A DNA stretch of 63,447 nucleotides, filler included, from Octopus bimaculoides (taxonomy: Eukaryota), in NCBI RefSeq assembly GCF_001194135.2. It is 5 parts of 5 records of this genome, joined end to end, with 100 filler letters (N's around TTAATTAATTAA, not from the genome) between each part and the next. Parts side by side here need not be neighbours in the genome. Positions count along the whole stretch, not along the records: positions 22,901 to 39,123 come from NC_068987.1; 4 more parts are not named here. The stretch is one strand, 5' to 3'. The position numbers and the translations under genes are program-made. Below are positions 24,791 through 36,525 of this stretch, one piece after another (positions within the stretch are counted from its first letter, which is position 1; the number at the start of each line of letters is the position of its first letter). Under the pieces are notes generated by a model that saw only the letters and a list, made by a program, of their open reading frames with translations, did no database searches and was not told where the DNA came from.

Positions 24791-25262
24791 TATTGGGTTG
24801 GCAAGAAAGTAATTTCGATTTTTTAGTATGAAATAAAAGTCATTTTCTTCATACAGAGAATGGACTTTAATCAATTATATATTTTCCATTTTATTCGATG
24901 ACCTTTTGCCATCTTTCTGGCAACTTCATGATTCCACGCTCATTGAACCTTTGGTCCTTATCGGCCAAAGACTAAAGCAAGTGCGATTTCAGGTCATCAT
25001 CATTATTGAAAGTTTTACCATTCAAAGAATTTTGCAAAATAAATGGTAATGCAATGAATGGCAAATTTGTCTTCGATGGGATTTGAATTTTGCAAACTTT
25101 GAAATAAATGGTGACGCAATGTCAGGGCTATATGGTCGATGTGACATCACTTCCCAACTAAGCTCCAATGATTTTTCATGAGTTAGCAAAGACGAATGTG
25201 GTCTAGCATTGTCTTGGTGAAACATGATGCCTTTGCGATTTGCTAGTTGTGGGCGTTTTTCA
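24791..25262 (-). mobile_element. Mariner transposon 3' part with terminal inverted repeat
   Basis: NRKGIMFHQDNARPH, WEVMSHRPYSPDIA and LQNSLNGKTF...GIMKLPERWQKVIE; TA + TTGGGTTGGCAAGAAAGTAATT end at 24791. Confidence 0.9.
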
Positions 25263-25666
25263 CATGCACAAACCCATACACACATATAGACAAACCATCA
25301 AATGTCAGGTTGTATGAGGGGTGAATATATTTCTTTAACCACGTGACATCTTTATGATTACGTCCGTTTAATAGCCTATTTCATGTAATAATAATCTCAG
25401 TGTGCAATTAGTTATATTTACATGTTAATGCAAGTAAAAGAGTAAAGAGAGTATGTATTTATAAATGTCTTTAAATATTTTTAGATATTTGCGGGCTTAT
25501 AAAAATATTTGTATATCTAAATGCTTCTATCTTATCAATACTTCTGTTATGTTGAGATTTATGCCGCTTTATTAATGTCGAAGTAAGTGTGCATATATAT
25601 TGTATATTCTGCTGGATAACAGGTCATGTCCTTCTTGTTTTCCGTTCGTATTGCGTCCACTCAAAT

Positions 25667-25710
<44 letters not shown>

Positions 25711-25849
25711 AAGTTGGAATGACATACATATGCACACACTTATTGAGTTCCAACACCAGGTGATTAGTATTGCTATACCTAAACAAAATATTAATATGTG
25801 CGTATATATATATAAATGTGTGCGTGTGTGTCGCTGTATATTCAATCAC

Positions 25850-25995
25850 AGGCAATAGGCTGCCACCCAATTTTCGTTTTACCAAACTCACAGATCGCCC
25901 GGGACTCTGGTAGAAGACACTTGCCGTGCAGTGGAGCTGAGTTCGAACCCACGTACCTGCGAATTGATCCTCTTAACCACACGACCATGCTACCT
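25850..25995 (-). mobile_element. Diverged tRNA-derived SINE head
   Basis: Reverse complement has GGTTCGAACTC B-box and CAAGTGTCTTCTAC. Confidence 0.6.
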
Positions 25996-26436
25996 AGCCA
26001 TGCTACATTTGTATAATCTTACACATCTAAAACACGTGTGCAAATCTTTTGCAGCAAAGCCAAACAGAACAAACGCTTAAACCAAGAACAGAAGAAACAG
26101 CTCTACGTATAATAATTCTAATTTCATATTATAGTTGCCAGACAAAAGAGTAATAAACGAAAAGGAAGCCATTTTTAAATGTATTTATGTCTCAATTGTT
26201 CTGCCTTTCTATTTTTCTCTCGTTCTTCATCTTTTACTTCATCTTTTTTCTTACTCCTTTTACTCTTTTATGTCTCTCTTTCTCGCTGCTCTCTATTTTT
26301 ACCATTTTTCTCTGTTTGTTCTGCTTTCAGAAGTAACTTCGAACATATATTTTCATGGAATATGGAGGAAATTATTTCAAATTAGATATTTTCCAGATCT
26401 GCGTAAACCTTCAGTACAATATTCTGCACGTTTCTC

Positions 26437-26492
<56 letters not shown>

Positions 26493-27093
26493 TCGATTTC
26501 TTTACTTCTGTCGTTCTTTCTTTTTCTTTCTCTCTTTCCTTTTCCCTTTTCATCTTCTTCTTTCCTTCCTTTCTTCCTGTTTTTTTTTCCTGTTATTCTC
26601 TTTTTAAGTCACTAATTCTATTTTCTTCCACTTTTTATCAGAACTCAGTAAACATCCAAAGCTACAAAACTGAAAGCTAAATAAGCAAATAAATAAATAA
26701 ATTCGTAAATAAATAAATAAATAAATAAATGTAATACAACCTTCAATCTGAAATATAAATTCAGCTAACAGCTTTTACTATATATTCCAGTCACGACTTT
26801 ATCTGCTGCCATTGGCCAAATTAAACCTAGAGCTTAACACAGAAAATATCCTGTATAACACAATATTGAGGCATGCGGATTTCTCAACATATAACTCGTT
26901 ATAAATTTGTCAAGCTACGAATCATTGTTAGGATTTGATTTTATTTTCACATTTTCAGATTGTGTAATTGTTATTTGAGTTTCATATATTTTATATCAGT
27001 TATGAGAATTTGTGTTACAGTTCTCTGTTTGCATTTTTTTTCTTATATTTCTTTCATCCCGTTTGAACATTAGCAAACAAATTTATTGGTCAT

Positions 27094-27131
27094 TTGTGAA
27101 CATTTCGTTTAACACGTTTAACTCATCAGCT
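27094..27131 (-). ncRNA. Minimal type I hammerhead-ribozyme-like motif
   Basis: Minus strand: AG CTGATGA GTTAAA-CGTG-TTAAAC GAAA TGTT CA; canonical core and helix II (5 of 6 bp); helix III ATGT (likely from ACGT); helix I largely lost. Confidence 0.55.
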
Positions 27132-27339
27132 TTTTGAGAATGTTATTAGTTTTGTCAAGAACGAGGTGCAGAATTTCACAACTTTGCCAATATTTAATGT
27201 ATCAATTATGATTGTATATAAATATGTTCACACGTATGTATGGATGGGCATACATACGTACGTACATACGTTACATACATGCTTACATGCATACATACAC
27301 ATATATGGATATGAATATATGTATACACACACACACGCA

Positions 27340-27379
<40 letters not shown>

Positions 27380-27498
27380 TATGTATGTATACACACACAT
27401 ACATATATATATGTATAAATATATACATATGCAAACATACATACATGCATACATACATACATACATACATACATACACACACACACCCACACACACAC

Positions 27499-27552
<54 letters not shown>

Positions 27553-28208
27553 NNNNNNNNNNNNNNNNNNNNNNNNNNNNNNNTATATATATATATATAT
27601 ATATATATTCGTATTTGAAATTTGCTAATTTACAATATCACACTTCCAATATACCAGAAAGCTTGTGGTTAGGTTCACACAGAAATACTTGGCTCTATGT
27701 TTATAAATTATAAATGGTTCTGCTGTCATATTCGTGTATAATGAGTACTTCGTGATGCAATGAAGTAACTAATGTGACGTAATTTCAATTATTTTAACAA
27801 AGTGACTATTATTATTACAATTTAAACTGTGGTAAATGTGTAAGTCTGAGTGGAATATAAATATATGGTGGGAATTCCATGAAATGTGCTGATATAGAAA
27901 ACAAATTAACAAAGATGTGATAGTGTATACGTGTTGAAATATCATGGACGTTCATTGGTTTCATGAAGAACCATATAGTCCATCCTTAAGAATGACTGAT
28001 AACTTTTGCGGTGACTTTATTTAAATTGAAGAAGAGTTGCGTTCCGGCAACCTCATTCTCACATCTGTAGCCATCTTCAATCCAGTGGAAAATGCATGTC
28101 AAGGCGACTAGAGATCGGAACGGATGCAGTCAATGATCAAGATATCTTACTTGCCTCATCTTGATCTCTGCACTACACATTACGTTGCTGTAGCCACCTT
28201 TTCCGCAG

Positions 28209-28256
28209 TTGAGTCATGAAGAATCTGCCGGCTTCAGTCTTTGCATCGATATATAG
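28209..28256 (+). CDS. Candidate 48-nt exon with possible start codon (MKNLPASVFASIY)
   Basis: Acceptor CCACCTTTTCCGCAG| and donor TAG|GTAAGC; only the ATG at 28216 gives an open frame. Confidence 0.25.
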   Translation: MSHEESAGFSLCIDI

Positions 28257-28532
28257 GTAAGCCCTAATATGTTAATTAATATATAGCTGGGACCCTGACA
28301 AGTGCTGCTACTCGGAGTTAGAGTAGACCTTGGAATGTTAGCGGCTAAGAGAAACTGAAATAGGACGACTAGAAACAAGGGTAATATAAGTATATACATA
28401 TCGGAATATAAGCTTAAAATATAGAAACAAATTTAATTAATTCGAATAACTAGTCAAGCTATTTTTTGTATTCTAGAAATAATCAGGTTCATAGTATAGC
28501 CGTGCTGACGAGGGCGGCAAGTTGACGAAGGC

Positions 28533-28670
28533 GGCACAATCGTTGGCACAATCGTTGGCACAATCGTTGGCACACTGGGCAAAATATTTCGTGGTGTTTC
28601 TTCTTGCTTTACGTACTGCGTTCATATTCCACCGAGATCGACTTTGACATTCATCCTTTCGGCATAGATA
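28533..28670 (+). mobile_element. Family C SINE with triplicated 12-bp A-box segment
   Basis: (GGCACAATCGTT)x3 followed by the family C body TTCATCCTTTCGG. Confidence 0.65.
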
Positions 28671-29294
28671 AGTAACAGTACAACACCTAAAAAAGAATTC
28701 AGGACTGTGATTATAATAGAAAGAATTTATATGATACTTTGGTTATCGAAAATATATGAAATTTACAGCCGGATTAAATAGAAAATGAAAAGTGTGGCTT
28801 CATGAAACGTAGTCTCCTAGTTTGTAAAACAAGAATTAATACTATATTCTTCACAATTTTTACAATCGCATGCACTGCTAGTTGTCCTTAACCTGATTTC
28901 CGGGTTTACATAATGAGCAAAATCGAGTAGACAAGGACTTTATGGAAAGAGGGTTAGTGTTTGTAGAATTCTGAGCCGCTTAAACTATAATACAATGGTC
29001 TATAACGGAATTGCAAACACAATATTACTAGATATTTTCCGAAGTAAGATGATATGTTAAACAGTATATTATTATTTATAGGTACAACGATACAAAGCAA
29101 AATGCAAATTACTATATTTTAGAGACTAATTTTTGCTCAAAGATGAATTAAGAGTTGTAATAAATGACAGTAGATTGGTAATACTACATTACTACATTCG
29201 TAAGAATATACTAGATTATGATGCAAAGCATTCAAGAGGGATATGAAAATTCAGTGAGTTCTTAACATATGCAAACGAATTATTACATGTCATA

Positions 29295-29355
<61 letters not shown>

Positions 29356-29797
29356 GTATATATACATATATATATGTATATATATANNNNNNNNNNNNNN
29401 NNNNNNNNNNNNNNNNNNNNNNNNNNNNNNNNNNNNNNNNNNNNNNNNNNNNNNNNNNNNNNNNNNNNNNNNNNNNNNNNNNNNNNNNNNNNNNNNNNNN
29501 NNNNNNNNNNNNNNNNNNNNNNNNNNNNNNNNNNNNNNNNNNNNNNNNNNNNNNNNNNNNNNNNNNNNNNNNNNNNNNNNNNNNNNNNNNNNNNNNNNNN
29601 NNNNNNNNNNNNNNNNNNNNNNNNNNNNNNNNNNNNNNNNNNNNNNNNNNNNNNNNNNNNNNNNNNNNNNNNNNNNNNNNNNNNNNNNNNNNNNNNNNNN
29701 NNNNNNNNNNNNNNNNNNNNNNNNNNNNNNNNNNNNNNNNNNNNNNNNNNNNNNNNNNNNNNNNNNNNNNNNNNNNNNNNNNNNNNNNNNNNNNNNG

Positions 29798-29970
29798 CCG
29801 AACCGCTAAGTTACGGGGACGTAAACACACCACCATCGGTTGTCAAGTGATGTTGGGGGACAAACACAGACACAAACATACACACACACACATATGTATA
29901 TATATATATATACGTATATACGACGGGCTTCTTTCAGTTTCCGTCTACCAAATCCACTCACAAGGCTTTG
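29798..29970 (-). mobile_element. Composite SINE (B part + microsatellite + truncated A)
   Basis: Matches the consensus; ends abruptly at the foldback element. Confidence 0.88.
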
Positions 29971-30316
29971 AAGTTAAGAGTTTATTATCAACAATACATT
30001 TATCATTATCCCTTACAGATGTTTCATTCATACACAATAAAATTAATTAAATGTTAAGTTCATATTTCTGAGCATAATCTCCTCACCGGGAAACAATATA
30101 CCCTTAGATGTCATGTATGTTTCTCTGTAGATTCATTGCAGCAATTGAATCTACAAAGAAACATACATAACATCTAAGGGTATATTTTTTCCCTCTGAAG
30201 GGATTATGCTCAGAAATATGAATTTAACATTTAATTAATTTCACTGTGTATAATTGAAACTGCTGTAAGTGATAATGATAAGTGTGTTGTTGATAATAAA
30301 CTCTTATTGACTTCAA
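29968..30316. mobile_element. About 350-bp foldback (palindromic) element with degenerate hammerhead-like motif in each arm
   Basis: Arms pair around a centre at about 30140; right arm CTGAAGG GATTATGCTCA GAAATATG, left arm (minus) GTGAGGA GATTATGCTCA GAAATATG. Confidence 0.8.
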
Positions 30317-30518
30317 AATCTCCATTGTCTTCTTCCTTTGCATGAATATAAACTACAATTTATATACAGGCCTATTATTTTAAGGAAACATTTTTTCCCA
30401 AAATATTAGGTATTGATCGAGTATTTACTTTGATGACACCATCCCTTCAAGAGGTTGATATATCCTCTAACTGAATTATACACACACACGTACACACACA
30501 TATATACACACACACTTG

Positions 30519-30549
<31 letters not shown>

Positions 30550-30555
30550 ATATGG

Positions 30556-30755
30556 GGGAATTTAGGAAAAAAAAACAACAGACGAAGACAGGTGATGTAA
30601 ACAACAAATACATGTATTAGTTTAACGCTCGGGAATAGAGAAAGTCTTTGACGTTTCGAGCCTACGCTCTTCAACTGAAAGGAACACAGAAAGAAACAAG
30701 GAGAGAAACAAGGAGAAAAAAAAATATAAATGTAGTGGTCAGCGATCTATCATGG
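30556..30755 (-). mobile_element. Dispersed repeat family P (Penelope pLTR-like), copy 1
   Basis: Similar to 40409-40600; minus-strand TTGAAGAGCGTAGGCTCGAAACGTC; embedded in TA-rich repeats. Confidence 0.65.
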
Positions 30756-30766
30756 CAAATGCCGGC

Positions 30767-30799
<33 letters not shown>

Positions 30800-32706
30800 T
30801 GTATGTATGTATGTATGTATATCTTAATATTTTGTTTATGCTTAGCAATACAAATAGCCTAGTTAGAACTCAGTATACATATGCTTCAAAACGAAGTACC
30901 AATTGAGTACAGAGAGGTAGTAAGACATTAGAATGATAAAGAAGTAAACAATTATGCCTAACTTACAGCTGTTTCTGCTCTCAGATGCAATGTACTCATA
31001 ATTGAATGCTTGAATATCACTCTATAGCTTCATCGGAACCTCAAACATGGTCATCTAAATATCTTATATATAATATGGTACCATTGTAAGCTCTGCTTAC
31101 ATCATACAAATGGTTGTGGTTTGTTTTACTGGCATTTTGGAGGAATTAACTTAAGGCATGTATGCTACCAAATCACACTTGACGGCCAAGATTTAAAAAA
31201 AAAATTTGTATCAAGACTGCACATACAAAGAAGAGTCAAAGTGTTTGGGAATTTGAGAAGTTCGAACAATAAATAACGAATAACCACTCTCGAACATCGA
31301 ACGAAGTATACAAAATGGACGAAACTTGAAGAAAAAACTAGTTACAGGCATGTGCAGAGAGAGAGGGAGAAAGAGAGAGGTGGGAGAAAGAGAGAGGTGG
31401 GGAAGAATGCTTGAAATGATGTTGGATAAATATTTTCAAAAGAAATAAATTGCTAAATATATTACTACTGCCTCATTTTTATATGCAGTCTGCACTGATG
31501 TATAACGTTTCAATTTTAGGAAACTGTTGAGCAGTGAATGCGTTTTTGTTATTCTTTATTGTAGTTATTATATTCAAAATATGCTAAAAGTACATTTATA
31601 TAAAGTTCTACTACGCCTTTAAAAAGTCCTTGAATTAATAACTGTTTTTCTTTCTTTCTTTCTTTCTTTCTTTTCTTCATGTGTGTATATTATTTTGTTC
31701 AGTTAGTACGGTTTTAATTTGCATGGGGTTTTCACGGAACTAGTTAATATTGTTTTAAAGCCTATTTGCCTGTCTTTCTATCTGTCTGTCTGCTTCTCAA
31801 AAGTTCTTCCACCGCTGCCCTCATAACATCTCCAGTCACCACCCTCAATCTTTCTCCACCCTCATTGGAGTTTTCCCCATCACTCCCAATAGGGTTTCCC
31901 ACCACCGCTTTCATAATAACTTGAAAAAAAAAAAAAGACTATTGATTCGTTGAAAGGTTGAATATCTATCAGTTTATCAGTAGATCGATATGAGTTTACC
32001 ACAACAGCAACCTTGATCGTGTAGATCCACTAGCAAAGGAACAATTCAACAATCTGAGCAGAACAGAAAATTAGAGGGAACATTGGTGCTAAGTATTCAA
32101 CTAAAATAGTCCTAAATAAACCCANNNNNNNNNNNNNNNNNNNNNNNNNNNNNNNNNNNNNNNNNNNNNNNNNNNNNNNNNNNNNNNNNNNNNNNNNNNN
32201 NNNNNNNNNNNNNNNNNNNNNNNNNNNNNNNNNNNNNNNNNNNNNNNNNNNNNNNNNNNNNNNNNNNNNNNNNNNNNNNNNNNNNNNNNNNNNNNNNNNN
32301 NNNNNNNNNNNNNNNNNNNNNNNNNNNNNNNNNNNNNNNNNNNNNNNNNNNNNNNNNNNNNNNNNNNNNNNNNNNNNNNNNNNNNNNNNNNNNNNNNNNN
32401 NNNNNNNNNNNNNNNNNNNNNNNNNNNNNNNNNNNNNNNNNNNNNNNNNNNNNNNNNNNNNNNNNNNNNNNNNNNNNNNNNNNNNNNNNNNNNNNNNNNN
32501 NNNNNNNNNNNNNNNNNNNNNNNNNNNNNNNNNNNNNNNNNNNNNNNNNNNNNNNNNNNNNNNNNNNNNNNNNNNNNNNNNNNNNNNNNNNNNNNNNNNN
32601 NNNNNNNNNNNNNNNNNNNNNNNNNNNNNNNNNNNNNNNNNNNNNNNNNNNNNNNNNNNNNNNNNNNNNNNNNNNNNNNNNNNNNNNNNNNNNNNNNNNN
32701 NNNNNN

Positions 32707-32752
<46 letters not shown>

Positions 32753-33160
32753 CACACTGCTTTGAAACATCAGAATAACACTTCATCAATCAGTCCCCAC
32801 TTTAAAATAACTCCATATAATGTATGTTTGTATATATCTATAATGTATGTATAATGTATACTCTCTGAGTAATTTTATGTAATGTTATCAAGGTCACTCG
32901 TAACAGCCGATACATCTACTAAATAAAAGCAGAATTCAAATCCTACCAAGGAACATATGCAATTTTCTATTTTTGTAAGCAATTCAATCCAGTGGAAAGA
33001 TAAACATGTTTAGTGAACCACTCGCTTCTGAGTGAGATTATTTCTTAGCTCCATCTCTGATAGCAAAATTAAACATTATCAGATCAGTAAATTACTGAAT
33101 AAATATTATGATTTTGAGATTGCAACATTTTCATTGGCTAACTAATTTAAACCTTAGATG

Positions 33161-33203
<43 letters not shown>

Positions 33204-33205
<2 letters not shown>

Positions 33206-33570
33206 TAGTGGTGGTCTGTATCATCTGGCGATGTTCTGTGGAAACTGTTAGTGGTGTGTGAAAACTGATGGTGGTCTGTGGAAACTAATGCTGATGGGAA
33301 TAAGGGAAATTAGTGGAGGTGTGTGGAAACTTGTGGTGATGGAGTGTGGCAGCTAGTCGTGGTCTGAGGAAACTTGTGGTAATGGTGTATAAAAATGAAT
33401 GGCTGTCCGTGGAAATAAGTGAAGTATGGGAACTAGTTGTGCCTGGACACTGTTGGTGGCCAGTAGAAATGTGGTGATCTGTGGAAGCTTGTGGTAATTT
33501 GTCAAAACTGATAGTGGTATGTGGAAACTTGTGAAGGTATGAACAGTGGTGGTGTGTGGAAACTTGGTAG
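33204..33570. repeat. Degenerate approximately 20-bp minisatellite (GGTGGTCTGTGGAAACTAGT-like)
   Basis: Roughly 15 diverged units following a (TA)n tract. Confidence 0.85.
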
Positions 33571-35227
33571 TTTGCCTCAGTAAATTTTATTTTGTAAGTT
33601 AATTTAGATAAGTTTCTATGCCTCAGGCAAAAAAAATTTTAAGAAACAATTTCTGGGGTCCAGCTCGAGTTGTTGCAGCATCTGCTACTCTTCGTCGCCC
33701 TCTCATCTCTAATTTTCAAATTCCTTTTGGCTGAAAGTCCTCAAATAGATCTTAATATATATATATATATAAAACGTTCATTATATAGCATCGAACAACT
33801 GAGAATTTAAACCACGAAGATAGACCCAAAACCTGGTGAACAACTGAAGACAAAACCAAACCCGAGAATGACAGAATACTGACCGACAGAAACCAAACTG
33901 AAATAGCACAAACAAAAATAGAAATGAAAGGAAATACGAAGGAGATTGAAGAATAAGAAATTCTAAATCTGGATATCAATATGTCTGCAAGAAATACCAA
34001 ATAAACCTCCCTGAAATGTCACCGTATTGTCTTAAATTGTACACGTAAATAATGTAAAACAGGGAACATTATTTCTGGGGAAAAGATTATGGGACTGTCA
34101 TGACTTGAATGCTTTTGATCCTAGAACTGTTCGATAAGAGCTGCTTGGAGGTAGATAACAACAATAACATCTACGACAGCCTCGAGAGAAACTAAACTCA
34201 TCACTACTAGCTTAGAGAAAAACTCGTCTATTTTACGTTACTGACGCTGTCTTACAGTAATGTTACTGGCACCAATTCAAAACTCAGTGAACTGTTTCTG
34301 TAGCTAAAGTACATTAAATAGTATACTGTACATACGCTCAAAATACATTATTCAAAAAAATAAAAGAAAAGAAAAGGTATACAAATATCAAAGACAATAG
34401 TTACGTTTCATTCAGTCTTTAAAATAGTTCCGGTAGGTTGTCTGAAGTTATCTAGTGGTTTGTCTAGGGCAGTGTTTAACAACCTGGGACAATATGGCTC
34501 CAAACAGGCCATGGCAATGTTCAGTGCAACCACAGAAAAATCTGGAAATTAGTAGGAGGCACCACGAGCACAATGAAGGGGGTCACAAAGCAACCACCGC
34601 TTCTTACTAAAATGTTCTATTGCTCTCTGTAACCCTTTAAAATTTACTCACAAAAACATACATACGCAGTTATATACACAATATATCTTAAGTTCCGTCA
34701 CGACAGAAAAAAAAAAAAAGAAAAGGATTCCTTTGACTCTTCGATAATTGTCAATGATGAATAAAGTATCAAGCTGACACTGAAAAGTCTTGTATGAATT
34801 AAATATTTTGTAATTGCTTTGAAAATCATGCATTTCGTGACACTCCAAGAGTAATTGCCTGCATCCGTTTCGTTGAAATTTGGGACTGTGCTATAATGTT
34901 TATGGATGGGAAGCAACTTAGAGGAGAAACCCTAGCTACGAAATGTGACGTATTTTACTTTCCAAATATATTTGATGAACGAACAGCTCCAAAGTAAAAA
35001 TACAAATATATCAATTTACGAAACGGCTACCAGTGATTTATTTGTAAAACTAATCTATTCAGAATAAATATAATAAGTTNNNNNNNNNNNNNNNNNNNNN
35101 NNNNNNNNNNNNNNNNNNNNNNNNNNNNNNNNNNNNNNNNNNNNNNNNNNNNNNNNNNNNNNNNNNNNNNNNNNNNNNNNNNNNAAAAAAGGGGTGTTTT
35201 TTGGGCGGGGTAGTACGAAAGAAAGTC

Positions 35228-35430
35228 TTGCCACAGAATCGCTATTACGCCGGGCGAATTGCATTTCGTCCGTCTTTACACTCTGAGTTCAAATTCCGCC
35301 GGGGTTGGCTTTGCCTTTCATCCTTTCGAGGTCGATAAAATAAGTACCAGTTGAATACTAGGGTCGATGTAATCGATTAGCCCTCTCCTTGAAATTACTG
35401 GCCTTGTGCCAATAGCAGAAAGTATTATTA
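35228..35430 (+). mobile_element. Family C SINE, near full length
   Basis: CTGAGTTCAAATTCCGCC, GCCTTTCATCCTTTCGAGGTCGATAAAATAAGTACCAG, GGGTCGATGTAATCG. Confidence 0.88.
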
Positions 35431-36174
35431 TAAATATTTGTTCAAAAATTATTTCCATTTCAAATTAGCAGACCTTAAATATTGATAGAAATAAATTTCA
35501 TGTCCGCAAAATTAATTCAAAACAATATTTAAAATGTCCTTATTTGATAAATTTTACAAATTTTGTTTTCATTAAAGGTTTATAATTTTTTTAATCGTTA
35601 ACTGTTTCTACTATTAACCATTTATTACAAAATTGAAGTACATTTACCCCAAATTATGTCAAGTGAGCCCAAAGAAAAAATACTGAGTCCAATGGGTGGG
35701 ACATGAGCTGAAAAAAAAAAGGTTGAGAACCACTGGGTTAAGGGGGCATGGTTGTTTATCTTCAAATAAAACAAGAAATTTGTAGTTGCAAAAAGGCATC
35801 TGCACAATAGCCATGATCTTCTAGTGGTTAGGACCCCATGTCATGGCCGTGGTAATCCAAGTCTAAAAGCTGGTTACGGCAGCGCAAGAAAATATTTTTT
35901 GATTGACTAAGTACCTTCAAGGTGGTGCCGCAGTATGACTGCAGTCTCACGACTGAAGGCAGTAAAAGATAGGGTTCCCATTCCAAAGAAGTTTGCTATC
36001 GTCAAAATTCAAACTTTGACATAGAAGAAATAACATTAAATACTTGCACTTATCACTATTCGAAATGCTCATTAGTTTTGCAGTTCTCCTGCAGCTCTTA
36101 GTTTCGATTTGTGTATGTTTAACTGGATTTATTTACGTCGAAGTGAAAAACTGGGTTTCAAGCGTAGCAAGTTA

Positions 36175-36513
36175 GTTTGCTCTCGGTCAGCTCAAATCTA
36201 ACAGACATAATACTCCAAAGGCTTTCCGACTATGACCAACTTCTGTTTCATTCAAACACAATGTAACCTTGGATTATATTATCCTATGTGTTTCTTTCTT
36301 TTTAAGACTATTGAGTGGAAGCTGTTCTGTATTAAGTATTTGGCTTAGGTGTTCCATCTGAAGATAACTTCATCCTTTTTACCCACCAATCTTCCGGAGA
36401 CCCCTTGACTAAGTCTTAAAAAAGGTTCCAGATCGAGCGTCGTTTGTTGGTTTATCAGATCAAGTCGTCTGCGTTGATGAAAATCTTATCAATAAAACTC
36501 ACAAAATGGAGTC
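36175..36513 (+). repeat. Unclassified dispersed repeat, second copy at 38200-38610
   Basis: Shared blocks TTTCATTCAAACAC, TTTTTAAGACT, GACTAAGTCTT.AAAAAAG and TAAAACTCACAAAA in the same order. Confidence 0.7.
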
Positions 36514-36525
36514 AGAGTCGACTTT

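Noticed and set aside
28700-28815. GAAACGTAGTC hammerhead 3' half
   Set aside because: No intact CUGANGA or helix II upstream.
33204-33570. CRISPR-like array (also the 53.4-54.3 kb array)
   Set aside because: Eukaryotic context, degenerate units, no unique constant-length spacers, no cas genes.
33780-34000. Possible Penelope RT fragment (KEIEE*EILNLDI)
   Set aside because: Too short and A-rich to distinguish from chance.
34473-35736. Single Charlie-like hAT element from CAGTGTTTAACAACC to GGTTGAGAACCACTG
   Set aside because: TIRs match only about 10/15 and flanks 5/8, with a gap between; more likely two separate fragments.
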